From assembly GCF_009914755.1 (NCBI RefSeq), contig NC_060939.1: DNA of 64,000 nt; one strand, 5' to 3'. Positions 38,328-57,651 of the stretch are shown piece after piece. The first letter of the stretch is position 1. Every line of letters begins with the position of its first letter. A program made the position numbers and the translations under genes. The DNA is from the human T2T-CHM13v2.0 reference genome, Homo sapiens. The notes beneath the pieces are model-generated. The model had not been told where the DNA came from. It did no database searches and saw only the letters and a list, made by a program, of their open reading frames with translations.

Positions 38328-38643
38328 TAGTAGAGATGGGGTTTCACCGTGTTAGCCAGTAGGGCCTCGATCTCCTGACCTCATGATCCACCCACCTTGG
38401 CCTCCCAAAGTGCTGGGATTACAGGTGTGAGCCACCGTGCCCGGCCCCTAAATCTATCTAAAATAAAATAAAATAAATGCTATATTTTCTGTATACATAG
38501 AGCTAAATTACAGAACTTAATACAATCTAACAAATATAAGCAATGTGCATGCACTATGGTGGATCAGTTATTTCCGAGCTTAGGTGTGTGTATACACACA
38601 CACACACACACACACACAAATACATACATACATACAGGGATGA

Positions 38644-38943
<300 letters not shown>

Positions 38944-39203
38944 TGATCCACCTGCTTCGGCCTCCCAAAGTGCTGAGATTACAGGCATAAGCCACCACAC
39001 CCAGCCTATCATGTATTTTTTTTTTTTAAGAGACAGGGTCTCACTATGTTGCCCAAGCTGGTCTCAAACTCCTGGCCTCAAGCCATCCTTCCACCTCAGC
39101 CTCCCCAGTTCCTGGGATTATAGGCGTGAAGCACCACACCCAGCATTTATCACACGTTTCTATGAAGAGTTGTCTGGTAATATAGCATTTTTTTTTTTTT
39201 TGA

Positions 39204-39362
<159 letters not shown>

Positions 39363-39702
39363 TAGTAGAGGGTTTCTCCATGTTGGTCAGGCTGGTCTCG
39401 AACTCCCGACCTCAGGTGATCCACCCGCCTCTGCCTCCCAAAGTGCTGGGATTACAGGCATGAGCATCTGCACCCAGCTAATATAGCATTTTTCTAGACT
39501 GAAACTTGTTGTTTACACTTATTTTAATTCTCTTCTACAATGAATTTTTTAAATATAATTTAGAAATCATGTATTGTCAGATATACTGCAGACATTACTA
39601 AGAATAAATTAAATGCTAAAAATATTTAAAAATGGAGTCCTTAAAAGTCACGATCTTAAATAATTCCAATGACATTTTTTTCAGAGTATAACTTGGGACT
39701 TA

Positions 39703-39849
<147 letters not shown>

Positions 39850-39955
39850 TTATTACAAGAAAGTTATAGTTTCTTAATTTAAACAAGCAAAAGGCTGGGC
39901 ATGGTGGCTCACGCCTGTAATCCCAACACTTGGGGAGGCCGAGGTAGGTGGATCA

Positions 39956-40306
<351 letters not shown>

Positions 40307-40667
40307 TCACCCAAAGTCAGGAGCTTGAGGCCAGCCTGGCCAACATGGCAAAACCCTGTCTCTACTAAAAATACTTAAACTAGCCAGATGTGGTAGCGGG
40401 CACCTGTAATCCCAGCTACTCAGGAGGCTGAGGCAGGAGAATCACTTGAATCCGGGAGGCAGGGGTTGCAATAAGCCAAGAACGCACCACTGCACTCCAG
40501 CCTGGTGACAGAGTGAGACTTTGTCTCACACAAACACACACACACACAAAAGGCCTCGGCCGGGTGTGGTGGCTCATGCCTGTAATCCCAGCACTTTGGG
40601 AGGCCCAGGCGGGCGGAGGCCCAGGCGGGCGGATTACGAAGTCAGGAGATCGAGACCATCCTGGCTA

Positions 40668-40886
<219 letters not shown>

Positions 40887-40924
40887 TCACCTAAATTTTT
40901 AGCTTAGCTGGTACAGGAATTTAG

Positions 40925-41320
40925 CAAATATAAATATATTATATATATAAAACAAATATATATATAATTATTTGTTTTTTATATATAAATATATATAATT
41001 GTTTTTATAAAACAAATATATATATTTGTTTTATATATATAATATATATTATATATATTACATATATTATATATATATTATATATATTATATATAATTAT
41101 ATATAATATATTATAATATTATATAAAATATATAATATTATAATATATATTTTATATAATATATTATAATATTATAATATATATAATATATTTTATATAT
41201 TATATATAATATATATAATATATTTTATATATTATATATAATATATATAATATTATATATATTATATATATTCTTATATATAATATATATTATATATATA
41301 TATAAAACAAATAATTATTA
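40925..41320. repeat. ~400-bp AT-rich, partly palindromic low-complexity tract in DNAAF4 intron 8
   Basis: Almost exclusively A/T; perfect 30-bp palindrome at 41006-41035. Confidence 0.95.
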
Positions 41321-41805
41321 TCAGGTTTTCCAGAAGAGATATGTTGAACAACTTAAGGAATTTTTCAGTTGTTCCTATATGGGATTCATACCCCTCCAAG
41401 GTTATTATTCAGCTTATCATTTCACATCTCCACAGCTTTATTTTTACCAGTAGGAATTATTAAATAGCATTTGTGGGCTTTTGTATTCAGATTGGGTGAT
41501 TCAGCTTATTCATTCATTCAACAAATATTTGTTTGCATTGTGAGAGTCAAAGAAAAACTGGATCATAAAAGTAGTATGATATCAAAGTGATGAAGACTTG
41601 GTTGTGTCCTCCATATCCTCAATCTCAAGAAGCTACCTAAGAGATTTTGCACATGATATGCCCTTAAAACAAGTTATCTTGACATGGAAAAAAGAAAAAG
41701 CTGTAGAAGTTCAAGACATACACAGTAAATATTAGTAATGGAAAGTAGAATATACTAAGTTACCCTGCAAATGAGAAAATGATTGTAGAGATATCTGGGC
41801 TGGGT

Positions 41806-41914
41806 GCTGGGCGCGGTGGCTCATGTCTGTAATCCCAGCTCTCAGGGAGGCAGAGGCGGGAGGATAGCTTGAGCCCAGGAGTTCGAGACCTGCCTGTGCA
41901 ATATAGCGAGACCC
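41806..41914 (+). pseudogene. BC200 (BCYRN1) RNA retrocopy, Alu domain only
   Basis: BC200-diagnostic strings that differ from Alu/FLAM consensus: CCCAGCTCTCAGGGAGG, GGATAGCTTGAGCCC, GAGACCTGCCTG, CAATATAGCGAGACCC. Confidence 0.85.
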
Positions 41915-42074
41915 ACTGCGCCCGGCCAGTAACAGCTGATTTTTAATCTAACTAACTATTCATAGAAGTCACAAAAAAACACCAGTTCCTTGTCCATTAG
42001 TAAAAAATCAGTTAAAAAAAAAAAGATTCAATAAGAAAGACAATCTTTAAAATCTTTGCATCTCAATTATTTCA

Positions 42075-42344
<270 letters not shown>

Positions 42345-43060
42345 TTAACATTGAAACAGAAACACAGAAATAATATCTAATTGTATTTGACAAAGAGGAT
42401 GGCTTACCTCTTTTTGCATTCTCTTTAGGGTAAACGTTGCCTGCACTGAATCCATCTCTTTTCACATATACCAGCCTGTCATTTGAATGGAATGGACCTC
42501 ACTCCCACCTCCAAGGGTAGACATTAGTAATTTAAGCCAGTAGGCATATTTGCATTATTTTTGCTCCAGTAATTGACTCAGGGATGGGCTAGTGTGACCT
42601 ATATTGTTCTACTTAGGATGAAGCCTGTGGGTTGGTTTCAAGGTTGAAGAATGAAAAGTTGGGCAAATTTCTCCCCCTGCTGGATATAAGTGAAGAAGTC
42701 ACATAGCCCACATTGTTGCTGACCGTTTTTAAGACCGTGGGAAGAGCTGGCATTAGAATAAAGCTGATACTATGGAAATATGAAAGGAATAAAAAGGCAG
42801 AAAGAAACCGAGCCCTTCATGATACAGTTAAGCTGCTGGATCAAGCTTTACTTGAAATAGAAAACACCTTTAGCTGTTTAGTTATATAAGACAATAAATT
42901 CCTTTCAATATAAAAAAATTGGGTTTTTTGGTTACTTGCAATGGATATACTCTTTCAGTTTAAATGTTCCAAAATTCTCTTCAAATAAAGAGATGTACAC
43001 GATTAAAGGATTTCTTCAAAATGCAAAGTCTTTGCTTTTTTTTGTTTGTTTGTTTTTTGA

Positions 43061-43165
<105 letters not shown>

Positions 43166-43800
43166 TGAGTAGCTGGGATTACAGGCATGTACCACCACGC
43201 CTGGCTAATTTTGTATTTTTACTAGAGATGGGGTTTCTCCATGTTGGTCAGACTGGTCTCGAACTCCCGACCTCAGGTGATCTGCCCGCTTCGGCCTCCC
43301 AAAGCGCTGGGATTACAGGCGTGAGCCATTGCGCCCGGCCCTATTTTTACTTTTTTGGGAACCACAATAGTGTTTTCCATAGCAGCTGGATCATTCAACA
43401 CCTCTACCAACAGTGCACAGGATTCTAATTTCTCCACATCCTCACTAACACTTGTTATTTTCTGTTTTTTTTCTGAGTAGCCATCCTAATGGGTGTGAAG
43501 TGGCATCTCATAGTGGTTTTGATAAGACATTTCCCAAATGGTTAGTGATGTTAAACATCTTTTTATATTTACTAGCCATTTGTCTCTCTTCTTGGAGAAA
43601 TGCCTATTTAAGTTCTTTGCCCATTATTATTATTTTTTTAATTATTATTATTTTTTTGAGCAGTCTTGCTAAATTGCCCAGAATGGAGTTCAGTGGTGCC
43701 ATCTCAGCTCACTGCAACCTCTACCTCCCAGGTTTAAGTGATTCTCATGCCTCTGAGACTCAGATTAGCTGGGATTACAGGTGTGCGCCACAATGCCTGA

Positions 43801-44445
<645 letters not shown>

Positions 44446-44736
44446 TGATTTCTGTTGTTAAGTGCCTATAGTCTGGCAAATAGCAAGCAATCAATAATTG
44501 CTTATTTAATGGCTGAATAAATGAATAGGAAGGAAGAAAGGAAGAAGAGAAAGAGGAGGAAAGATTATATATGGTTTTACTCTTGGGAGTTAGAAGAACC
44601 AACCTGTCAGTTCCAGGCTTCTAACCTTCAGAAAAATTGCCAACTCCAGCTAAACGCCACAAAACAATCCCTGGTGTTGTAACAGACAAGAGAAAAGACC
44701 AAGAAAAAGTAGAAAGAAAGGAAAAATATAGATATT

Positions 44737-45220
44737 GTGGTAGACAGATAATGCCCCCCGCCCCCCAAAAAAAGATGTCCATATTCTAATCCCAGAACCT
44801 ATGAACGTTACCTAACACGGCAAAAAGGACTTTGCACATGTGAATAAGTTAAAGAGTTTGATGGAGAGAGTACCCTGGATGATGTAGGTGGGACTTACAT
44901 AAACACAAGAGGCCTTATAAAAGGTAGAAGGAGGCAGGAGAGTCAGAAAAGGAGATCACGGAAGCAGAGGTCAGAATAACGCAATCAGTGGCTGGGGAGC
45001 CACAATTCAAGGAATGCAAACAGCTTAGAAGCCGGAAATTTAAGAAAACAGCTTTTCTCCTAGAGCCTTCAAAATGAAGGCAGTTGACACCTAATTTTGG
45101 CCCAGTGAAACTCATTTTGGACTTCTGAATTACAGAACTATAAGATAATAAATTTGTGTTGTTTTAAGCCACTTGGTGGTAGTTTGTTATAGAAGTAGTA
45201 AGTAATAGGAAAATAAACAC
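44737..45220 (+). mobile_element. MaLR LTR (MLT1D-like)
   Basis: TGTGGTAGACAGATAATG...AAAGATGTCCATATTCTAATCCCAGAACC start; ATAAATTTGTGTTGTTTTAAGCCAC end. Confidence 0.75.
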
Positions 45221-45340
45221 AGAAGTGTATATGATGAAATACAATAAATAATATCTATAGCCGCCTCAAAATATGAACACAAATTGCCACTCAGAATATG
45301 CCAGAATTCACTGTTTTTGATCAGTATGTTAAAATATTCA

Positions 45341-45602
<262 letters not shown>

Positions 45603-45734
45603 TCAAAAAAAAAAAAAATCCATATACAAATGAATAAAATGACTGCCCAGATATAAGATAATTTCTGGGATAATATGGTAATCTTTTTTGTGTTTACATC
45701 ACTGACCTGGAAGGCAGTAAGATGGTAATCTTTA

Positions 45735-46028
<294 letters not shown>

Positions 46029-46721
46029 CTATCTCACAAAAAAAAAAAAGAAAAAAAATGGATAAGAATAATCAAAACAGCTGTAGCTTTGCAAAAAGCC
46101 CGTTTTTATGGGAGACATCAGAAAGGACTTATGTCAAATGTAAAACGGATTTTAAAAGGAATTTTAATAAGCATTCCAAAAGATGTAATTTTTTTCATTT
46201 TTATGACATTTAAATAAAAAAATAAAATTAGAGCCTCATTGCCTTGTTATCTGACTTTTAAAATATGGATGCCCTGTCTACCTTATTTGCTTATTTGCAT
46301 TATCTTTCTCCAACAACACACAAACAGACAAAATATCTAGAGAATGTGATAACTACTTTGTTTGTTCAAAGACAGGGTCTCACTCTTGTTGCCCAGACTG
46401 GAGTGCAGTGGCACAATCATAGCTCACTGCAGCCATGAACTCCTGGGCTTGGGGGATCCTCCCGCCGCAGCCTTCTGAGTAGCTGGGACTACAGGTGCTC
46501 ACCACCACACCAGGCTAATGTTTTATTTTGTTTGTTTTTTTGTAGAGACAAAATCTCGCTTTGTTGCCCAGGTTGGTCTCAAACTTCTGGCTTCAAGTTA
46601 TCATCCCACCTCGGCCTCCCAAAGGGCTGGGATTACAGGCATGAGCCACCATACTCGTCCTATGATAACTGCTAATGTCTTCATACATGATAAAGCTCAT
46701 GATCAGAGTTCAAACAACTTA

Positions 46722-46832
<111 letters not shown>

Positions 46833-46934
46833 CTAGAATGAGAAAGAAGTCTTATGAAGAATAAAAAGGTCTTTTTTTAATTAACATTTCCTTTTAGATT
46901 TTCCATCTTCCTCCAGTGGATTGAAATATTATTT

Positions 46935-47298
46935 GCTATGCACTGAGTGTTTGTGTCTTCTCCACCTCTCCTCCAAATTGATATACTGAAGCCATAACCA
47001 TCAATGTGAATCGGTATTTGGTAGTGGGGCCTCTGAGAGGTAATGAGGTTTAGGTCATGAGAGGAGAGCTCCCAAAACGAGTTTATCCTTTTAAGAAGAG
47101 AAAGAGATCAGAGCTCCCCCATGTGGACACAGTGAGAAAGTGGGTGTCCGCAAGTTATGATGAGCACCCCTACCAAGAATCATGCTGGCACCCTGATCTT
47201 GGATTTCCCAGCCTCCAGAACTATAAGAAATGACTGTTTATTGTTTAAGCCACCCAGTCTATGGTATTTTGTTTATAGCAGCCAGAGCAGATTAACGT
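46935..47298 (+). mobile_element. MaLR LTR (MLT1A-like)
   Basis: TGCTATG start; CTGGCACCCTGATCTTGGATTTCCCAGCCTCCAGAACT...TTGTTTAAGCCACCCAGTCTATGGTATTTTG. Confidence 0.75.
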
Positions 47299-47316
47299 AC
47301 TACTTGATGGTGGTAA

Positions 47317-47990
<674 letters not shown>

Positions 47991-47993
47991 TAG

Positions 47994-48113
<120 letters not shown>

Positions 48114-49050
48114 TAGTAGAGATGGGGTTTCACCATATGGGCCAGGCTGGTCTCAAACTCCTGACCTTGTGATTCACCCACCTTGGCCTCCCAAAGTGCT
48201 GGGGTTACAGGCTTGAGCCACCGTGCCCGCCCTTAAACTTTTTTTTAAACCTCAATAGCTGGTGGAAATACAATAGATAAAATTTCTAGCCAAATTTCTT
48301 GCTTTCTGGGAGTTCATATGATATTATTAATTTTTTTTTTTCTGAGACAGTCGCACTCTGTCCCCCAGGCTGGAGTGCAGTTGCATGATCTCAGCTCACC
48401 GCAACCTCCGCCTTCTGGGTTCAAGCAATTCTCCTGCCTCAGCCTCCTGAACAGCTAGGATTACAGGCGTGTGCCACCATGCCCGGCCAGTTTTTGTATT
48501 TTTAGTAGAGACGGGGTTTCACCATATTGGCCAGGCTGGTCTCGAACTCCCGACCTTGTGATCTGCCCACCTCGGCCTCCCAAAGTGCTGGGATTACAGG
48601 CGTGAGCCACCATGCCCAGCCCATGTGATTATTATTTTATCTTTCTGGGTTATAATATTTTCATTTTTCTTTTTTTTTACTATACTTTAAGTTCTAGGGT
48701 ACATGTGCAAAACATGCAGGTTTGTTACATATGTATACATGTGCCATGTTGGTGTGCTGCACCCATTAACTCGTCATTTACATTAGGTGTATCTCCTAAT
48801 GCTATCCCTCCCCCCTCCCACCACCCCACAACAGGCCCCGGTGTGTGATGTTCCCCTTCCTGTGTCCAAGTGTTCTCATTGTTCAATTCCCACCTATGAG
48901 TGAGAACATGTGGTGTTTGGTTTTTTGTCCTTGCAATAGTTTGCTGAGAATGATGGTTTCCAGCTTCATCCATGTCCCTACAAAGGACATGAACTCATCC
49001 TTTTTTATGGCTGCATAGTATTCCATGGTGTCTATGTGCCACATTTTCTT

Positions 49051-50670
<1,620 letters not shown>

Positions 50671-51126
50671 TGCCACATTTTCTTAATCCAGTCTATCATT
50701 GATGGACATTTGGGTTGGTTCCAAGTCTTTGCTATTGTGAATAGTGCTGCAATAAACATACATGTGCATGTGTCTTTATAGCAGCATGATTGATAATCTT
50801 TGGGTATATACCCAGTAATGGGATGGCTGGGTCAAATGGTATTTCTAGGTCTAGATCCTTGAGGAATCGCCACACTGTCTTCCACAATGGTTGAACTAGT
50901 TTACAGTCCCACCAACAGTGTAAAAGTATTCCTATTTCTCCACATCCTCTCCAGCACCTGTTGTTTCCTGACTTTTTAATGATCGCCATTCTAGCTGGTG
51001 TGAGATGGTATCTCATTGTGGTTTTGATTTGCATTTCTCTGATGGCCAGTGATGATGAGCATTTTTTCATGTATCTGTTGGCTGCATAAATGTCTTCTTT
51101 TGAGAAGTGTCTGTTCATATCCTTCA

Positions 51127-51663
<537 letters not shown>

Positions 51664-52287
51664 TCAGTATCAGTACCATGCTGTTTTGGTTACTGTAGCC
51701 TTGTAGTGTAGTTTGAAGTCAGGTGGCATGATGCCTCCAGCTTTGTTCTTTTGGCTTAGGATTGTCTTGGCAATGTGGGTTCTTTTTTGGTTCCATATGA
51801 ACTTTAAAGTAGTTTGTTTTCCAATTCTTTGGGGAAAGTCACTGGTAGCTTGATGGGGATGGCATTGAATCTATAAATTACCTTGGGCAGCACGGCCATT
51901 TTTACGATATTGATTCTTTCTATCCATGAGCTTGGAATGTTCTTCCATTTGTTTGTGTCCTCTTTTATTTTGTTGAGCAGTGGTTTGTAGTTCTCCTTGA
52001 AGAGGTCCTTCACATACCTTGTAAGTTGGATTCCTACGTATTTTTTTCTCTTTGAAGCAATTGTGAATGGGAGTTCACTCATGATTCGGCTCTCTGTTTG
52101 TCTGTTATTGGTGTATAAGAATGCTTGTGATTTCTGCACATTGATTTTGTATCCTGAGACTTTGCTGAAGTTGCTTATCAGCTTAAGGAGATTTTGGGCT
52201 GAGACGATGGGGTTTTCTAAATATACAATCATGTCATCTGCAAACAGGGACAATTTGACTTCCTCTTTTCCTAATTGAATACCCTTT

Positions 52288-55141
52288 TTTTTTTTTTTTT
52301 TTTTTTAGTATTTATTGATCATTCTTGGGTGTTTCTCAGAGAGGGGGATGTGGCAGGGTCATAGGATAATAGTGGAGAGAAGGACAGCAGATAAACACAT
52401 GAACAAAGGTCTCTGGTTTTCCTAGGCAGAGGTCCCTGCAGCCTTCCACAGTGTTTGTGTCCCTGGGTACTTGAGATTAGGGAGTGGTGATGACTCTTAA
52501 CGAGCATGCTGCCTTCAAGCGTCTGTTTAACAAAGCACATCTTGCACCGCCCTTAATCCATTTAACCCTGAGTTGACACAGCACATGTTTCAGAGTGCAC
52601 GGGGTTGGGGGTAAGGTTATAGATTAACAGCATCCCATGCAGAAGAATTTTTCTTAGTACAGAACAAAATGGAGTCTCCTATGTCTACTTCTTTCTACAC
52701 AGACACAGTAACAATCTGATCTCTCTTTCTTTTCCCCAAATTTCCCCATTTTCTTTTCCACAAAACCACCATCGTCATCATGGCCCGTTCTCGATGGTCG
52801 CTGTCTCTTCGGAGCTGTTGGGTACACCTCCCAGATGGGGCGGCCGGGCAGAGGCGCTCCTCGCCTCCCAGATGGGGCGGCCAGGCAGAGGCACTCCTCA
52901 CCTCCCAGACGGGGTGGCCAGGCAGAGGCGCTCCTCACCTCCCAAACGAAGGGCACCAGGCAGAGGCACTCCTCACCTCCCAGACGGGGCGGCCGGGAAG
53001 AGGCGCTCCCCACTTCCCAGACGGGGTGGCCGGGCAGAGGCGCTCCCCGCTTCCCAGATGGGGTGGCGGCCGGGCAGAGGCGCTCCTCACATCCCAGACG
53101 GGGCAGCCGGGCAGAGGCGCTCCTCACTTCCCAGATGCGGCAGCCAGGCAGAGGTGCTCCTCACCTCCCAGACGGGGCGGCCGAGCAGAGGCGCTCCTCA
53201 CCTCCCAGACGGGGCGGCCGGGCAGAGGCGCTCCTCACATCCCAGACGGGGTGGCCGGGCAGAGGCGCTCCTCACCTCCCAGACGGGGTGGCCGGGCAGA
53301 GGCACTCCCCGCTTCCCAGATGGGGTGGCGGCCGGGCAGAGGCGCTCCTCACATCCCAGACAGGGCAGCCAGGCAGAGGCACTCCTCACTTCCCAGATGC
53401 GGCAGCCGGGCAGAGGCGCTCCTCACCTCCCAGACGGGGTGGCCGGGCAGAGGCGCTCCCCACTTCCCAGAAGGGGTGGCAGCTGGGCAGAGGCGCTCCT
53501 CACCTCCTAGACGGGGCGGCCGGGCAGAGGCGCTCCTCACATCCCAGACGGGGTGGGGGGGCAGCTGGGCAGAGGCACTCCTCACTTCCCAGACGGGGTG
53601 GCCAGGCAGAGGCACTCCTCACATCCCAGATGATGGGCGGCCGGGCAGAGGCGCTCCTCACTTCCCAGACGGGGCGGCCGGGCAGAGGCGCTCCCCACTT
53701 CCCAGATGGGGTGGCGGTCGGGCAGAGGTGCTCCTCACATCCTAGACGGGGTGGCCAGGCAGAGGTGCTCCTCACTTCCCAGACCGGGTGGCCGGGCAGA
53801 GGCGCTCCTCACATCCCAGATGAAGGGCAGCCAGGCAGAGGCGCTCCTCACCTTCCAGACAGGGCGGCCGAGCAGAGGCGCACCCTGCTTCCCAGATGGG
53901 GTGGCGGCCGGGCAGAGGCGCTCCTCACATCCCAGACGGGGTGGCCGGGCAGAGGCGCTCCTCACTTCCTAGACGGGGCAGCCGGGCAGAGACACTCCTC
54001 ACATCCCAGACAGGGTGGTGGCCAGGCAGAGGCGCTCCTCACATCCCAGATGGGGCGGCCGGGCAGAGGCGCTCCTCACATCCCTGATGGGGTGGCCGGG
54101 CAGAGGTGCTCCTCACATCCCAGACGGGCCGGCTGGGCAGAGGTGCTCCCCACTTCCCAGACGGGGTGGCGGCCAGGCAGAGGCGCTCCTCACATCCCAG
54201 ATGATGGGCGGCCGGGCAGAGGCGCTCCCCACTTCCCAGACGGGGCAGCTGGGCAGAGGCGCTCCCCACTTCCCAGACGGGGCAGCCGGGCAGAGGCGCT
54301 CCTCACTTCCCAGATGGGGCAGCTGACGGGCAGAGGTGCTCCTCACTTCCCAGATGGGGCGGCTGCGCAGAGGCACTCCTCACTTCCCAGACGGGGTGGC
54401 CAGGCAGAGGCGCTCCTCACATCCCAGATGATGGGCGGCCGGGCAGAGGCGCTCCTCACTTCCCAGACGGGGCAGCCGGGCAGAGGCGCTCCCCACTTCC
54501 CAGATGGGGTGGCGGTCGGGCAGAGGTGCTCCTCACATCCCAGACTGGGCGGCTGGGCAGAGGCACTCCTCACATCCCAGACGATGGGCGGCCAGGCAGA
54601 GATGTTCCTCACTTCCTAGATGGGGTGGCGGCCAGGCAGAGGCTGTAATCTTAGCACTTTGGGAGGCCAAGGCAGGCGGCTGGGAGGTGGAGGTTGTAGC
54701 GAGCCGAGATCATGCCACTGCACTCCAGTCTGGGCAACATTGAGCATTGAGTGAGCAAGACTCCATCTGCAATCCCAGCACCTCGGGAGGCCGAGGCGGG
54801 CAGATCAGGAGCTGGAGGTCAGGAGCTGGAGACCAGCCGGGCCAACAGAGCAAAACCCCATCTCCACCAAAAATACAAAAACCAGTCAGGCATGGCGGTG
54901 CGTGCCTGCAATCCCAAGCAGTCGGCAGGCCGAGGCAGGAGAATGACAGGAGCCTGAGGCAGGGAGGTGGCAGCGAGCCGAGATCACGGCAGTACAGTCC
55001 AGCCTCAGCAACAGAGGGAGACCGTGGAAAGAGAGAGGGGAGAGGGGAGAGGGGAGAGGGCAGAGGGGAGAGGGGAGAGGGCAGAGGGGAGAGGGGAGAG
55101 GGCAGAGGGGAGAGGGGAGAGGGGAGAGGTGAGACGGGAGC
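52288..55141 (-). mobile_element. Full-length SVA, old subfamily (SVA_A/B-like)
   Basis: Poly(A) 52285-52306, AATAAA 52311-52316, SINE-R ~52307-52825, VNTR ~52826-54640, Alu-like ~54640-55025 and a CT-rich head 55030-55140. Short TSD CCCTTT (52282-52287 / 55142-55147). The SINE-R text (GGTTATAGATTAACAGCATCC, ATGGAGTCTCCTATG) resembles older subfamilies. Confidence 0.95.
52826..54640. repeat. SVA VNTR, ~1.8 kb of ~37-42-bp GC-rich units
   Basis: Recurrent GGGCAGAGGCGCTCCTCACHTCCCAGACGGGG units. Confidence 0.95.
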
Positions 55142-55766
55142 CCCTTTATTTCTTTCTCCTGCCTGACTGCCCTGGCCAGAACTTCCAACACTATGCTGTG
55201 TTGAATAGGAGTGGTGAGAGAGGGCATCCCTGTCTTGTGCCAGTTTTCAAAGAGAATGCTTCCAGTTTTTGCCCATTCAGTATGATATTGGCTGTGGGTT
55301 TGTCATAAATAGCTCTTATTATTTTGAGATACTTCCCATCAATATCTAGATTACTGAGAGTTTTTAGCATGAAGTGCTGTTGAATTTTGTCAAAGGCCTT
55401 TTCTGCATCTGGTGAGATAATCATGCGGTTTTTATCTTTGGTTCTGTTTATATGCTGGATTACGTTTACTGATTTGCGTATGTTGAACCAGCCTTGCATC
55501 CCAGGGATGAAGCCCATTTGATCATGGTGGATAAGCTTTTTGATGTGCTGCTGCATTCGGTTTGCCAGCATTTTATTGAGGATTTTTGCATCGATGTTCA
55601 TCCAGGATATTGATCTAAAATTCTTTTATATTTTCATTTTTCTGTACTGAAAAATATGCAGAAGGTCACTTGAGCCCAAGAGTTCAAGGCTACAGTGAGC
55701 CATGATTGTCCCACTGTACTCCAGCCTGGGCAGCAGAGCAAGACCCCCAACTCAAAAAAAAAAAAA

Positions 55767-55773
<7 letters not shown>

Positions 55774-55803
<30 letters not shown>
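55774..55803. repeat. (GT)n microsatellite
   Basis: About 15 GT units; similar tracts at ~26639-26658 (GT), ~38594-38618 (CA) and ~62634-62655 (TA). Confidence 0.9.
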
Positions 55804-55806
<3 letters not shown>

Positions 55807-55950
55807 AACACAATTCAAAAATAATTCTATGGGCCGGGCGCAGTGGCTCACACCTGTAATCCCAGCACTTTGGGAGGCCGAGGTGGGTGGATCACAAGTT
55901 CAGGAGATTGAGACCATCCTGGCTAATATGGTGAAACCCCATCTCTATTA

Positions 55951-56154
<204 letters not shown>

Positions 56155-56321
56155 TTATAGAAATGTTACAAATATAGAAAATACCTTGTTTAATAATATG
56201 AAATAATTATTTATATTGTCATTATGTCTTTTATTTTTTATTTTTTTTTTTGAGACAGAGTTTCACTCTTTCACCCAGGCTGGAGTGAAATGGTGCAATC
56301 TTGGCTCATTGCAACCTCTGA

Positions 56322-56546
<225 letters not shown>

Positions 56547-57345
56547 TAAGGATCTTCTTATTTCTACAATTTTTCAAATCAAAGATGCATCAATTCAGCC
56601 TCGCAGTAAAAAAGTGCAGTTCTTGGCTGGGTACGGTGGCTCATGCCTATAATCCCAGCACATTGGGAGGCCGAGCAGGGTGGATCGCCTGAGGTCAGGA
56701 GTTTGAGACCAGCCTGACCAACATGGTGAAACCCCATCTCTACTAAAAATATAAAAAATTAGCCAGACATGCTGGCGCATGCCTGTAATCCCAGCTACTA
56801 GGGAGGCTGAGGCAGGAGAATTGTTTGAACCTGGGAGGAGGAGGTTGCAGTGAACTGAGATTGTGCCCACTGCACTCCAGCCTGGGCAACAAGAGCAAAA
56901 ACTCCATCTCTAAAACAAACAACAACAACAAAAAGACCGCTTTTTTTTTTTTTTTTTTTTTTTGATTCAAAGTCTCACTCTGTTGCCCAGGCTGGAGTAC
57001 AATGGTGCAATCTCGGCTCACTGCAACCTCCACATCCCAAGTTCAAGCAATTCTCCTGCCCCAGCCCCGCTAGTAGCTGCGATCACAGGTGCTCGCCACC
57101 ACGCCAGGCTAATTTTTGTATTTTTAGTACAGATGGAGTTTCCCCATGTTAGTCAGGTTGGTCTTGAACTCCTGACCTCAAGTGATCCACCCATCTCGGC
57201 CTCCCAAAGTGCTGGGATTGCAGGCATGAGCCACTGCGCCCGGCCTACTGTACATATATTAAGTCGGTATTCTCTTATCACTATTCTGGAGCCAAAAACA
57301 TCTGCAAAATATATTTTCTCATAAGGAAATTCTAAAACATATTCA

Positions 57346-57651
<306 letters not shown>

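Noticed and set aside
52826-54640. CRISPR-like regularly spaced repeats
   Set aside because: There are no unique spacers and no cas genes, and the context is an SVA in a primate genome.
52654-54743. Long ORFs (594, 321 and 238 aa) over the GC-rich tandem array
   Set aside because: They are stop-poor translations of the SVA VNTR, open in several frames on both strands, with no other coding signal.
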